Translations under genes and position numbers: made by a program
Part shown: positions 26,610 through 37,400 of the stretch, one piece after another
Numbering within the stretch: position 1 is the first letter of the stretch
Layout: each line of letters begins with the position of its first letter
The notes under the pieces: generated by a model
Seen by the model: the letters and a program-made list of their open reading frames with translations, nothing else
Database searches by the model: none
What the model was told of the DNA's origin: nothing
DNA from: Octopus vulgaris
Taxonomy: Eukaryota
Assembly (NCBI GenBank): GCA_951406725.2
Contig: OX597824.1
Span: forward strand, 67,084,001 to 67,148,000
Reading direction: 5' to 3'
DNA: 64,000 nt

Positions 26610-27552
26610 GGTGGAAAGATGGCAGAATTATTAGCACTATGTTCATTAGCATTATGTTCTGAGTTCAAATTCTGCCAAAGTTCACTTTACCTTTCATCTT
26701 TTGGAGTCAATAAAACAGGTACCAATTGAGCACTGGGGTTGATGTAATTAACTTACCCATTCCTATGAAATTGCTGGCCTTGTGCCAAAATTTGAAACCA
26801 ATATAGCAGCAAGCTGGCAGAATTGTTATCACACCAGGTAAAATGCTTAGCATCATTCCGTCCATCTTTATGTTCTGAGTTCAAATTACGGCAAAGTTGA
26901 CTTTGCCTTTTATGTTTTCAGGGTCAATAAAAATAAGTACCAACTGAGTATTGGAGTCAATGTAATTGACTAACCCTTTCCCATGAAATTACTGGCCTTG
27001 TGCCAAAATTTGAAACCAATATTATGAGATGCAGAGGCAGCAAGCTGGCAGAGTTATTTACCATGCTGGACAAAATACTCAGCAGTATTTGTTCTGGTTC
27101 TGTCAGCTTTGAACTCAAGTTCTGCCAAAGTAGACTCAGCTTTCATCTTTTTGATGTTAATAAAATTTGAGGACTGGGATTTATGCAATCGACTTGCTCC
27201 TCCTCCTCCTTAAAATTTCTGGCTTTGTGCCAAAATTAGAAAGATATATAATGAGATGCAGATGAAGAGTTGACATAGCAGGAATGGCAGATCATTTTTG
27301 GCACCAATGATTATATAAGGCGGCGAGCTGGCAGAAATGTTAGCATGCTGGGCGAAATGCTTAGCTGTATTTCGTCTGCCATTACGTTCTGAGTTCAAAT
27401 TCCGCCGAGGTCAACTTTGCTTTTCATCCTTTCGGGGTCGATAAATTAAGTACCAGTTGCATACTGGGGTTGATGCAATCGACTTAATCCATTTGTCTGT
27501 CCTTGTTTGTCCCCTCTGTGTTTAGCCCCTTGTGGGTAGTAAAGAAATAAGA
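26610..27552 (+). mobile_element. Head-to-tail cluster of four SINE copies of one family
   Basis: Heads (GAGCTGGCAGAA-like) at ~26615, ~26810, ~27040 and 27319, each with GAGTTCAAATT-like and GCCTTTCATC-like blocks. Confidence 0.8.
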
Positions 27553-28206
27553 ATCTGAATTTGATAGCTGGTGCCATGTAAAAAGTACTCTGTACACTCT
27601 TTGAAGTGATTGGTGTTGGGGAGGGCATCCAGCTGTAGAAACCATGCCATAGCAGACAATAGAGCTTAGCACAGTTTTTCTGGCTTGCCAGCTCCTATCA
27701 AAATGTCCAACCCACGCCAGCATGGAAAATGAACAGTAAATGGTGATGATGGTAGAGTTGTTGTTGATGATTATGATGATGACAACACCAGTGATGACAG
27801 TGGTGGTGATGATGATGATGACAACAATCACCATCACCACCACGGTGACAAGGACGACAATGGTGACAATGATGATAGCAATGATGATGATGATGATGAT
27901 TTGCAAAACTTTGAGTAATAGTCTTTTGTTATTGGTTGATAATTTCATAATTGGGAATAACCTTAAACGTACTTTCCTGGCTTCTTTTGTTTAATTTCTT
28001 TTACTGTCTGCTTTGATATTGCAGTATATTTTTATAACATACATATATATAAATAGCAGCTATTTTGTCATTATGTTTGTAATATATTTTGTTAATAACT
28101 GTGTTGAACATGGTAATTCATTTAATTGTCTAACTTCACTAACAAAACTAGACCAGTAATATAATTAGAAAAGCTCTCTTTCCTTGTAGTCTTATTTTCT
28201 CTGTAG

Positions 28207-28247
28207 ATTGCTATTATAAATTTTGTATCAACTTTTTCATGCAAAAG
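28207..28247 (+). CDS. Putative coding exon (D)CYYKFCINFFMQK
   Basis: TCTTATTTTCTCTGTAG acceptor and AAG|GTATGA donor. 41 nt, phase 1 in and 0 out, compatible with 22735-22783. Confidence 0.5.
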
Positions 28248-28339
28248 GTATGACTTACACATGAGTAAAACATATACACAAGTACATATAGTATGTATAT
28301 ATTGTATATACACATACAGATTATCATTGTCATCATCAC

Positions 28340-28660
28340 CATATACATCATCATCCTCATCATCGTTTAATGTCCACTTTCCATGCTGGCATAGGTTGGA
28401 TGGTTTGACTGAGGGCTGGCAAGCCGGAATGCTACACCAGGCTTCAATCTGATCTGGCAAAGTTTCTACAGCTGGATGCCCTTCCTAACGCCAACCACTC
28501 TGAGAGTGTAGTTGGTGCTTTTTACGTGCCACCAGCATGAGGGCCAGTAAGGTGATACTGGCATCGACCATGCTTGAATGGTGCTTTTTACGTTCCACCA
28601 GCACGGGACCAGTCAGGAGGTACTGGCATCGACCACGCTTGAATGGTGCTTTTGAAAGGT
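28340..28660 (-). mobile_element. RTE 3' end fragment
   Basis: (CAT)n followed by the RTE 3' terminal block in reverse orientation. Confidence 0.75.
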
Positions 28661-28758
28661 GTCTATTTACTTCCTGCATGTCTGTGTATGTGTGTGTATG
28701 TGTGTGTGTATATATCTATCTGTCTATCTATCTATCTATTTATCTATTTATCTATCTA

Positions 28759-28828
<70 letters not shown>

Positions 28829-28936
28829 AATAAATATATACCAGAGTAAGCAAACAAATGTGAAACAAGGTGGAAAAAAGAGTACTCAAATACCAGAGGT
28901 AGAGTAATATGCTTTATTTAAAAGCAGCAGAAATAT

Positions 28937-28989
28937 AACAAATACTGTTACTCGGGGTTTCATATTCCCGTTCATCAGACAGTTTTGTT
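28937..28989 (-). ncRNA. Minimal type-I hammerhead ribozyme motif in a Penelope-like terminal fragment (~28841-28992)
   Basis: Minus: AACAAAACTGT-CTGATGA-ACGGGAATAT-GAAA-CCCCGAG-TA-ACAGTATTTGTT. Stem I has 11 bp with one bulge and the core is intact; stems II and III are partly decayed. Confidence 0.7.
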
Positions 28990-29004
28990 AACATGTGTAT
29001 GCAT

Positions 29005-29200
29005 GGCACGTAAAAAGCACCCATTACACTCTCGGAGTGGTTGGCGTTAGGAAGGGCATCCAGCTGTAGAAACTCTGCCAGATCACGATTGGAGCCTGGT
29101 GCAGCCATCTGGTTCGCCAGCCCTCAGTCAAAATCGTCCAACCCATGCTAGCATGGAAAGTGGACTTTAAACGATGATGATGATGATGATGATGATGATG

Positions 29201-29231
<31 letters not shown>

Positions 29232-29965
29232 TACACACACACACATACACACATGCACACGTATATATTTTCTTTTATTATTTTACTTGTTTCAGTCATT
29301 TGACGATGGCCATGCTGGAGCACCACCTTTAGTCAAGCAAATCGACCCCATGACTTATTCTTTGTAAGCCTAGTACTTATTCTATCAGTCTCTATTGCTG
29401 AACCGTTAAGTTATGGGGATGTAAACACACCAGCATCAGTTGTCAAGTGATGTTGGAGGGCCATCACAGACACAAACACACACACACATACATATGCATA
29501 TATATATATATATCATCATCATCATCATCATCATTTAACGTCCGCTTTCCATGCTAGCATGGGTTGGACGGTTCAACTGGGGTCTGGGGAGCCCGAAGGC
29601 TGCACCAGGCCAGTCAGATCTGGCAGTGTTTCTACAGCTGAATGCCCTTCCTAACGCCAACCACTCCGAGAGTGTAGTGGGTGATTTTATGTGCCACCGA
29701 CACAGGTGCCAGACGAGGCTGGCAGACGGCCACGATCGGATGGTGTTTTTATGTGCCACCGACACAGGTGCCAGATGAGGCTGGCGAACGGCCACGATCG
29801 GATGGTGTTTGTTACGTGCCCACAGCACGGAGGCCAGTCGATGCGGTACTGGTTACGGCCACGTTCGGATGGTTTTCTTGTGTGCCACCGGCACTGGTAC
29901 CACAAAGATACAAATTCCATTGATGTTCATCTATTTTGATTTGTTTTGATTTGATTTGATTTGAT
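29005..29965. mobile_element. Two RTE 3' ends tail-to-tail (29005-29200 +, 29513-29965 -) around a SINE fragment
   Basis: Both match the RTE 3' UTR, with (GAT)n and (CAT)n tails facing each other. Confidence 0.8.
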
Positions 29966-30142
29966 ATAGATAGATATATATATGGGTGTGTGTGATTGTG
30001 TATAGAAGAATATATTAATAAAAGGAATTCCACCCTTGTCTGATTTTCACGTTTTATTTACAATCTTATAATGATATATTATAAGATAATATAATATAAT
30101 CGAATAAAATAAAATAGTAGAATGTTAAATGTTCATTCTGAT

Positions 30143-30187
30143 TGAACTAGTACGTTCATGCATTAAATTCTGCAATCTTCAGGTTCA
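30143..30187 (-). ncRNA. Minimal type-I hammerhead ribozyme motif (variant)
   Basis: Minus: TGAAC-CTGAAGA-TTGCA-GAATTTAA-TGCAT-GAA-CGTAC-TA-GTTCA. Stem I is 5 bp and stem II 4 bp; the GAAA has one altered or missing A. Confidence 0.6.
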
Positions 30188-30265
30188 TGTAGTAGTGGTG
30201 ACAGTCATGCTTCACAATTTTTGACTGTCATATATATATATACACATATATACATACATATATAC

Positions 30266-30357
<92 letters not shown>

Positions 30358-30372
30358 ATATATGTATATATA

Positions 30373-30411
<39 letters not shown>

Positions 30412-30415
<4 letters not shown>

Positions 30416-31313
30416 ATGGGGGTCAATTCAGGGACAGTGCTTGCGACCGACTTTTGTGAGTAAATCCTTTGTCCTGTCAGATTCAGGTGGATTGATGAGT
30501 TCTGGGGAGACCTTCGACCCTTTTCAGGTGAAAGAAAGTTCGAAGAAACACCCCTTTAAAAAGCAGGAGATGTGAGCCTGTTAGACAGTCGGCCGGCAGC
30601 TCTAGCAGAGACGGGACTGATACGAGGGCGGTCTGTGGAGGAGGACAGACAGGGAATCTGAGGAGCTGACAAGCGAGAGAATGGCAGCGTAGAGGAAGAC
30701 AGACAGATAGTATTACGGAGCTAAGAGAGAGGGACCACGGTGTGAGGGCACTGGCTGTTGTGTAATGGTATATGTTTATTTATGTTCTGATATGTGAAAA
30801 AAAGAAGGAAAAAGGAAAAAGAAATGTAAAAGAATTGATGTGTTGAAAAAAGAGAAAGAAGGAAAAAAAAGGAAAAAGAAAGAACTGTTAAAGGAAGAAG
30901 GAGAAAGACTCTAATGTATTGAACTGTATCGTTAATGTGAATGTTATTTGTTTTAAATTGATCTGAACATTAATGGGACTCTGAACTGTATATTGTGTCT
31001 GCATACTTTAATTTGATTTGTTGTTTTCTTGCATGTATTTTCTTTGGATGTAATAATTGGTATAAACTGTTCTTAAATGTAAGCCAAATTGCCATCCGGC
31101 GTCTCTGTTTGGGTCTCTTCCGGCTGTTGTTTGTTGTTGTTGTTCTCTCCGGTCACCGGTAGCCGGGTTCGCTGCCGCCTTTTCCCCCACCGAATTCTCT
31201 CTTTCCATGGCGAACTTTCCCCGATCGATCGGGCTGGTAAATCGTCGTCGCTCGACTTGGTAGGGTCCCGGGTTTTTCCGAAGAGTTTGAGTGATGGCAG
31301 GTGGTTCGTAACA
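30412..31313. mobile_element. Solo LTR (~900 bp), probably Gypsy-type
   Basis: Termini TGTTATG ... CGTAACA (TG..CA with a short inverted repeat) and ATAT on both sides within a (TA)n tract. No coding remnant. Confidence 0.7.
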
Positions 31314-31713
31314 ATATATATATATATATACAACAGGCTTCTTTCAGTTTCCATTTACCAAATCCACTCACAAGGCTTTGGTCAGCCCAAGGCTATGCAG
31401 AAGACACTTGCCTAATCTGCCACGCAGTGGGACTAAACCTGGAACCATGTGGTTGGGAAGCAAGCTACTTACCACACAGCCACTCCTGCACCTATGAAAA
31501 GATATGTATGTATTTGTATGCGTATGTATATTCTTTTACTTGTTTCAGTCATTTGACTGCAGCCATGCTGGAGCACCGCCTTTTAGTCGAACCCTTGGAT
31601 TTATTCTTTGTAAGCCTAATACTTATTCTGTCAGTCTCTTTTGCTGAACTGCTAAGTTACAGGGACCTAAATACACCAGCACCACTTATCAAGCGATGGT
31701 AGGGGGAACAAAC

Positions 31714-31770
<57 letters not shown>

Positions 31771-31884
31771 GCCCGAGGCTATTATAGAAGACACTTGCCC
31801 AAGGTGCCATGAAGTAGTACTGAATCTGGAACTATGTGGTTAGTAAGCTACTTACCACACAGCCACTCCTGTGCCTATATATAA

Positions 31885-33212
31885 TTGAAAACAAAGAGGA
31901 GAGTGGAGATTTATTCACATCCAGAACTCTTTATTAAGTTTTCTACTGCATATATAACAACGACCAACATGTTTCAATTGCAGCAACTACACATTGCTCC
32001 GTATGCACTTATACATCCTAGTCACTGTAATTTCATCAAGGGTCCATCACTTATGACATTTCAAAGTGAACTAATTCAAACAAGCTTCCTGTGTTGGTAT
32101 TTAGTTGAAGGTTATAGCGTTACATTTTAAATCAAATTGAATTCTGGTTTTGTAATCACCTCTACTGGTATTACAGATGAATCATGGTTTATAAAATGTT
32201 TATTCATATTACAATCAATTGTAGCAGTTTTGTTTACATTTTACTGTATGGAGTACATTATTTATTCAGAGGTAATTCACTTATGTTTAGCTTTATACCC
32301 TCGATTAATATTATTATTGTTATTATTACTAAAATTATTTTAGTATTATTTGCAAAAATATCATTATCACAATCACTATGTTAACTAGTATAATTACTAT
32401 CATTTAAATGTATATTTAATCCAATGTGAACATCCCATAACCTGTTCCTGTCTAGTGTTTATAATAATATATTTAGAAAAGAAAATTTGGTACATTTCCT
32501 CCACACAAAAGTCACGTCTATTATCACCTATTTCATAAGATTTTGCCTTACTAATAATTGCTCAAGCAATTGAAAATGCTTTGTTACTATCTTTAAGTGG
32601 CCAAATTAGCTTACTAAGGTTGGTAGTATTAATTTTGTCCCTATTTTGTAAACGAACTTAAATGATTGACAATTCTCTGCTTAATATAACATAAGCTAGT
32701 TCCTATATAGAAATACTCTCTACTCTCTGAGGTAATCTTACATCTCTATGCAATATTTTTATGTTTACAATCAGAGCCAAGTGGACAGACTCTGTATCTT
32801 GCACAATCACAACTAATATTTCTAGTACTTCCATCACTATCATCCATTTCACCTACTCTAGATGTGGTTTGTATATTCTCCTGTCTACCTTCTAAGCTAT
32901 TAGTCCACTCCACAGAGACAACACTCTGAGTACTTTTCTCTCTAGGATTCAAATCCACTACTTCCAGGACAACTGTGGAGCTCCCTCAGGTTTCTTCAAC
33001 CCCACTGGCTGTCAAACTATAGTTCCTATCCTGATACTCAGCTGTGTTACCCATGGTTTGTTTGCTCATGTTGACATTGTTGTTATTATTGATCTATAAT
33101 TATAATTCTGGTTACTATTATTAGCACTACTTATAGGGAAACTTTTAAATTTACTATCATTGTGTGCAGCTATAATTTGTGCTAGATTTTTGCTATTACA
33201 GCAACCTAATAT
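31885..33212 (-). mobile_element. 5'-truncated Penelope-like element: GIY-YIG endonuclease remnant plus 3' hammerhead
   Basis: Minus-strand remnants NSKNLAQIIAAHN, CDCARYRVCPLGSDCKHKNIA*RCKI..EYFYIGT..IKQRIVNHLSSF, and TNLSKLIWPLKD..AKSYEIG..FCVEE..INTRQE..CSH match the PLE linker and GIY-YIG domain. Hammerhead-like motif at 31962-32044. Confidence 0.85.
31962..32044 (-). ncRNA. Hammerhead ribozyme motif with long stem II
   Basis: Minus: GACC-C-TTGATGA-AATTACAGTGACTA...TAGTTGCTGCAATT-GAAA-CATG-TT-GGTC. Stem II is 14 bp with one mismatch and stem III is the palindrome CATG. The core has an extra or variant U. Confidence 0.65.
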
Positions 33213-33296
33213 ATACATACTTATATATATATATATATGTATGTATGTTATGTATGTATGTAAATATATCTATATATATGTGTGTGTGTATATATA

Positions 33297-33547
33297 TTGG
33301 GTTGGTGCATAATCATTGCGGCTTTTTTTCAACAAATTTTATTCAACAAAAACAATAACAATATTTAACAAAAGCATCTTTAAATGATGGTCTGACTGTC
33401 TGCCAAGCATATGGGAAACAGTAATTGAAGTAGATGGTGAAAATGCTCCAGAATAATCATTTAAAGACGTTTTTGTTACATGTTATTATCGTTTTTATTG
33501 AATAAAATTTGTTGGAACAAAACTGCAATAATTATGCACCAACCCAA
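33297..33547. mobile_element. mariner-type MITE with ~90-bp inverted ends
   Basis: TA TSD and TIRs TTGGGTTGGTGCATAATCATTGCGG / CTGCAATAATTATGCACCAACCCAA. The centre encodes the mariner C-terminal remnant LPSIWETVIEVDG. Confidence 0.9.
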
Positions 33548-33579
33548 TATACATACACTTACATACAAACATACATAAG

Positions 33580-33610
<31 letters not shown>

Positions 33611-33704
33611 ATATATATACACACACACACATACATACATGCTTATGTATATATGTGTATGTATACATACGTACATATACACACATATATATATATATAT
33701 ATAT

Positions 33705-33741
<37 letters not shown>

Positions 33742-33744
33742 TGG

Positions 33745-34135
33745 TCTCTTTTATACACATGACGTGACCATACCAGTGTAGTCTTCTCTCTTGCACACTA
33801 CACCTGATTCCTCTTATGCCCAAATTTTCACTCAACATATTTGTACTTTGTCATACATAGACACCGACACTGCATATCCAGTTGGGCATACTAGCTTCCT
33901 TTCATTCTAGTCTTTGCATGTTCTATGCATTCAGGGACCACATTTCACTGCCATGTAGCATTGCTGTCTGTACACAAGCATCATCCAATTTTCTTTATAT
34001 TCTGGGAGAAAGACCTTTTGTTGCCAACAGAGGTAACAGCTCCCTGAACTTTTTTTGCCCTGTTTCTGTTCTAATAACTATACTTTCAGAGTATTCTCCT
34101 CTGCCACCCATTAGGTTATCTAAGTAACAGAAGCT
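33745..34135 (-). mobile_element. Old RTE ORF C-terminal fragment
   Basis: LGIRGIRCSVQERRLHWYGHV matches the C-terminus of the 35050-38217 ORF. Confidence 0.8.
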
Positions 34136-34344
34136 ATCTACTTCCTCTAGGGATGCTCCTGGACATTCCACAACATCTATTTCCCATGTGTTCTTCGTGT
34201 TTATTGTTCCTGAACATGTCCCACATACAAAGTCTGTTTGTGTTTGCCTGTGTCTGTCTGTCTGTCTGTCTGTCTGTCAGTCTCTCTCTCTCCCTCCCTC
34301 CCTCCCTCCCTCTCTCTCTCTCTATATATATATATATGTATATG

Positions 34345-34403
<59 letters not shown>

Positions 34404-34438
34404 GTATATATGTACGTGTATATATATATATATATATA

Positions 34439-37400
34439 TCATCATCATCATCATCATCATTTAGCGTCCGTTTTCCATGCTAGCATGGGTTGGACGGTTC
34501 TGCTGGGGTCTGTGAAGCCAGAAGGCTTCATCAGGCCCAGTCAAATCTGGCAGTGTTTCTACGGCTGGATGCCCTTCCTAACGCCAACCACTCCGTGAGT
34601 GTAGTGGGTGCTTTTTACGTGCCACCCGCACTGGTGCCAGACAGAGCTGGCAAACGGCCACGAACGGATGGTGCTTTTTATGTGCCACCGGCACGAGGGC
34701 CAGGCGAGGCTGGCAACGGACACGAAACGGGGCGGTGCTGGCAACGGTCGCGAAACGGAAAGTTCTCTTACATGCCACCGGCACTGGTAACACATCTGCA
34801 ATTTCCATTGATCGATTTCCATTGATCGATTTCGATTCTGATCCTCACTTGCCTCAATGGGTCTTCACAAGCAGAGTTTCGACATGCCACCGGCACTGGT
34901 AGCACATCCGCAATTTCCATTGATCGATTTCGATTCTGATCCTCACTTGCCTCAACACGTCTTCACAAGTAGAGTTTTGTGTCCCAAGAAGGGAAGGTAT
35001 GCATACGTAGGCTGGCTCCATCCCATGTAGAAGGCCACGGGTTGTGGACTCACTTGTCCTGCCGGGTCTTCTCGCGCACAGCACACTTCCAGAGGTCTCG
35101 GTCTCTAGTCATTTCCTCAGTGAGACCTAAAGTTCGAAGGTCGTGCTTCACCACCTCGTCCCAGGTTTTCCTGGGTCTGCCTCTTCCACAGGTTCCCTCA
35201 ACCGCTAGGGCGTGGCACTTTTTCACACAACTATCTTCATCCATTCTCGCCACATGACCATACCAGCGCAAACGTCTCTCTTGCACACCACAACTGATGC
35301 TTCTTAGGTCCAGCTTTTCTCTCAAGGTACTTACACTCTGCCGAGTGTGAGTACTGACATTACACATCCATCGGAGCATACTGGCTTCATTTCTAGCGAG
35401 CTTACGCATATCCTCAGCAGTCACGGCCCATGTTTCACTGCCATGTAGCATGGCTGTTCGTACACACGCATCATACAGTCTGCCTTTCACTCTGTGCGAG
35501 AGGCCTTTTGTCACCAGCAGAGGTAAGAGCTCTCTGAACTTTGCCCAAGCTATTCTTACTCTAGCAGTTACACTTTCAGCACACCCGCCCCCGCTGCTGA
35601 CTTGGTCACCTAGGTAACGGAAACTATCAACTATTTCTAGTTTTTCTCCCTGCAAAGTGACAGAAGTTGGTCTCAGAGCATTTTCAGTGTTTATTGTTCC
35701 TGAGCATCTGCCACATACAAAAACCATCTTCCTAGTTAGCCTTCCTTTGACATTGCTGCATCTCTTATGTGTCCATAGCTTACACTTGGTGCATCTTATA
35801 GAGTTTCTACCTACACCTTTTCTACAGATCGAGCAGGGCCATCTACCTGAAGGTGTTTGTGATTTGTCAACCTTCCTACTGATTACGACTTTGGTTTTAG
35901 CTAGATTGACTCTAAGGCCCTTCGATTCTAATCCTTGTTTCCACACCTGAAACTTCTCCTCCAGTTCTGATAGCGACTCAGCAATTAGAGCAAGGTCATC
36001 AGCATAGAGGAGCTCCCAAGGGCATCCTGTCTTGAATTCCTCCGTTATTGCCTGGAGGACTATGATAAATAGGAGGGGGCTGAGTACTGAGCCTTGGTGG
36101 ACCCCTACCTCTACCCGGAATTCTTCACTGTACTCATTTCCAACCCTCACCCTACTAGCGGCGTCCCTATACATGGCCCGCACAGCTCTCACTAACCATT
36201 CATCTATCCCTAGTTTTCTCATTGCCCACCAGATAAGGGATCGGGGGACCCTGTCGAAGGCTTTCTCCATGTCAACAAAAGCCAGGTACAGGGGCTTATC
36301 TTTGGCTAGGTATTTCTCCTGCAGCTGCCTTACCAGGAATATAGCATCAGTAGTACTTTTCCCTGGCACAAACCCAAACTGCATCTCATCTAAACTAACT
36401 CTCTCTCTAATTAGTTGGGCTATGACCCTCTCTGTAACCTTCATCACCTGGTCCAACAGCTTGATACCTCTGTAGTTATTTGTATCTAGGGCATCACCTT
36501 TACCTTTGTAGCAGTTGACTATTATACTGCTACACCAGTCATTGGGTATGACCCCTTTGTGTATCACCTGATTAACTATATGGGTGACTAGGCTATAGCC
36601 AACACTACCAGACATTTTGAGCATCTCTGCAGTGATTCCTGATGGGCCTGGGGCTTTCCCTGTCTTCATGCTTCTAATTGCCTTAGCTACCACAGAACTA
36701 TCAACTCGGATAGCTGGTCCCTCTGTTGGGTCAACATTCGGCAGACTCTCTTTATCCCATTCATTTTCTTCATTCAGCAACCTTTCATAGTGGCATCTCC
36801 AAACCTCTCTCTTTGCATCCTCATTTAGCGCAAGTGAACCATCTTCCATGCGAACACACTTCTCTCCTACCACATCACGATTCTCTCTCACACACTGTCT
36901 TGCAACACGAAACACCTCCAGTTTTTGGTCCTCACGGCGCAGAACATTGGCAAATTTTTTCTTATCTGCTTCCCCTCTGGCTAAATAAACCTGTCTCCTA
37001 GCTTCTCTTTTGGCAGTCTGATACAATTCCCTGCTACCCCCATTTTTCCAGACCTTCCAAGCCTGTCTCTTTTCTCTAATAGCCCTGTCTACAATGTTGT
37101 TCCACCACCACGTTATTCTAGGTCGAGAGGGGACTTTGCACCAGCCACAGATCTGGTCAGTGGCTCTCAGCAGGTTGTCCCTTAGAAACGTCCAGCTGTC
37201 TTCTACCCCCTGTGATGCTCTATCCCCTTCTACTTCGTCAGAGGCTTCAAGTAATATGTCCCTAAATCTCTGTCCATTTGCAGGATCTTTAAGCTTCCAG
37301 ATCCTTCTTCTCCATATTTGTCGTCTTCTGGTTGTCCTCCTAGTCCTGATCCTAAAGTCACTAACTACCAGTCTATGTTGTGGGGTACATTCTTCACCTG

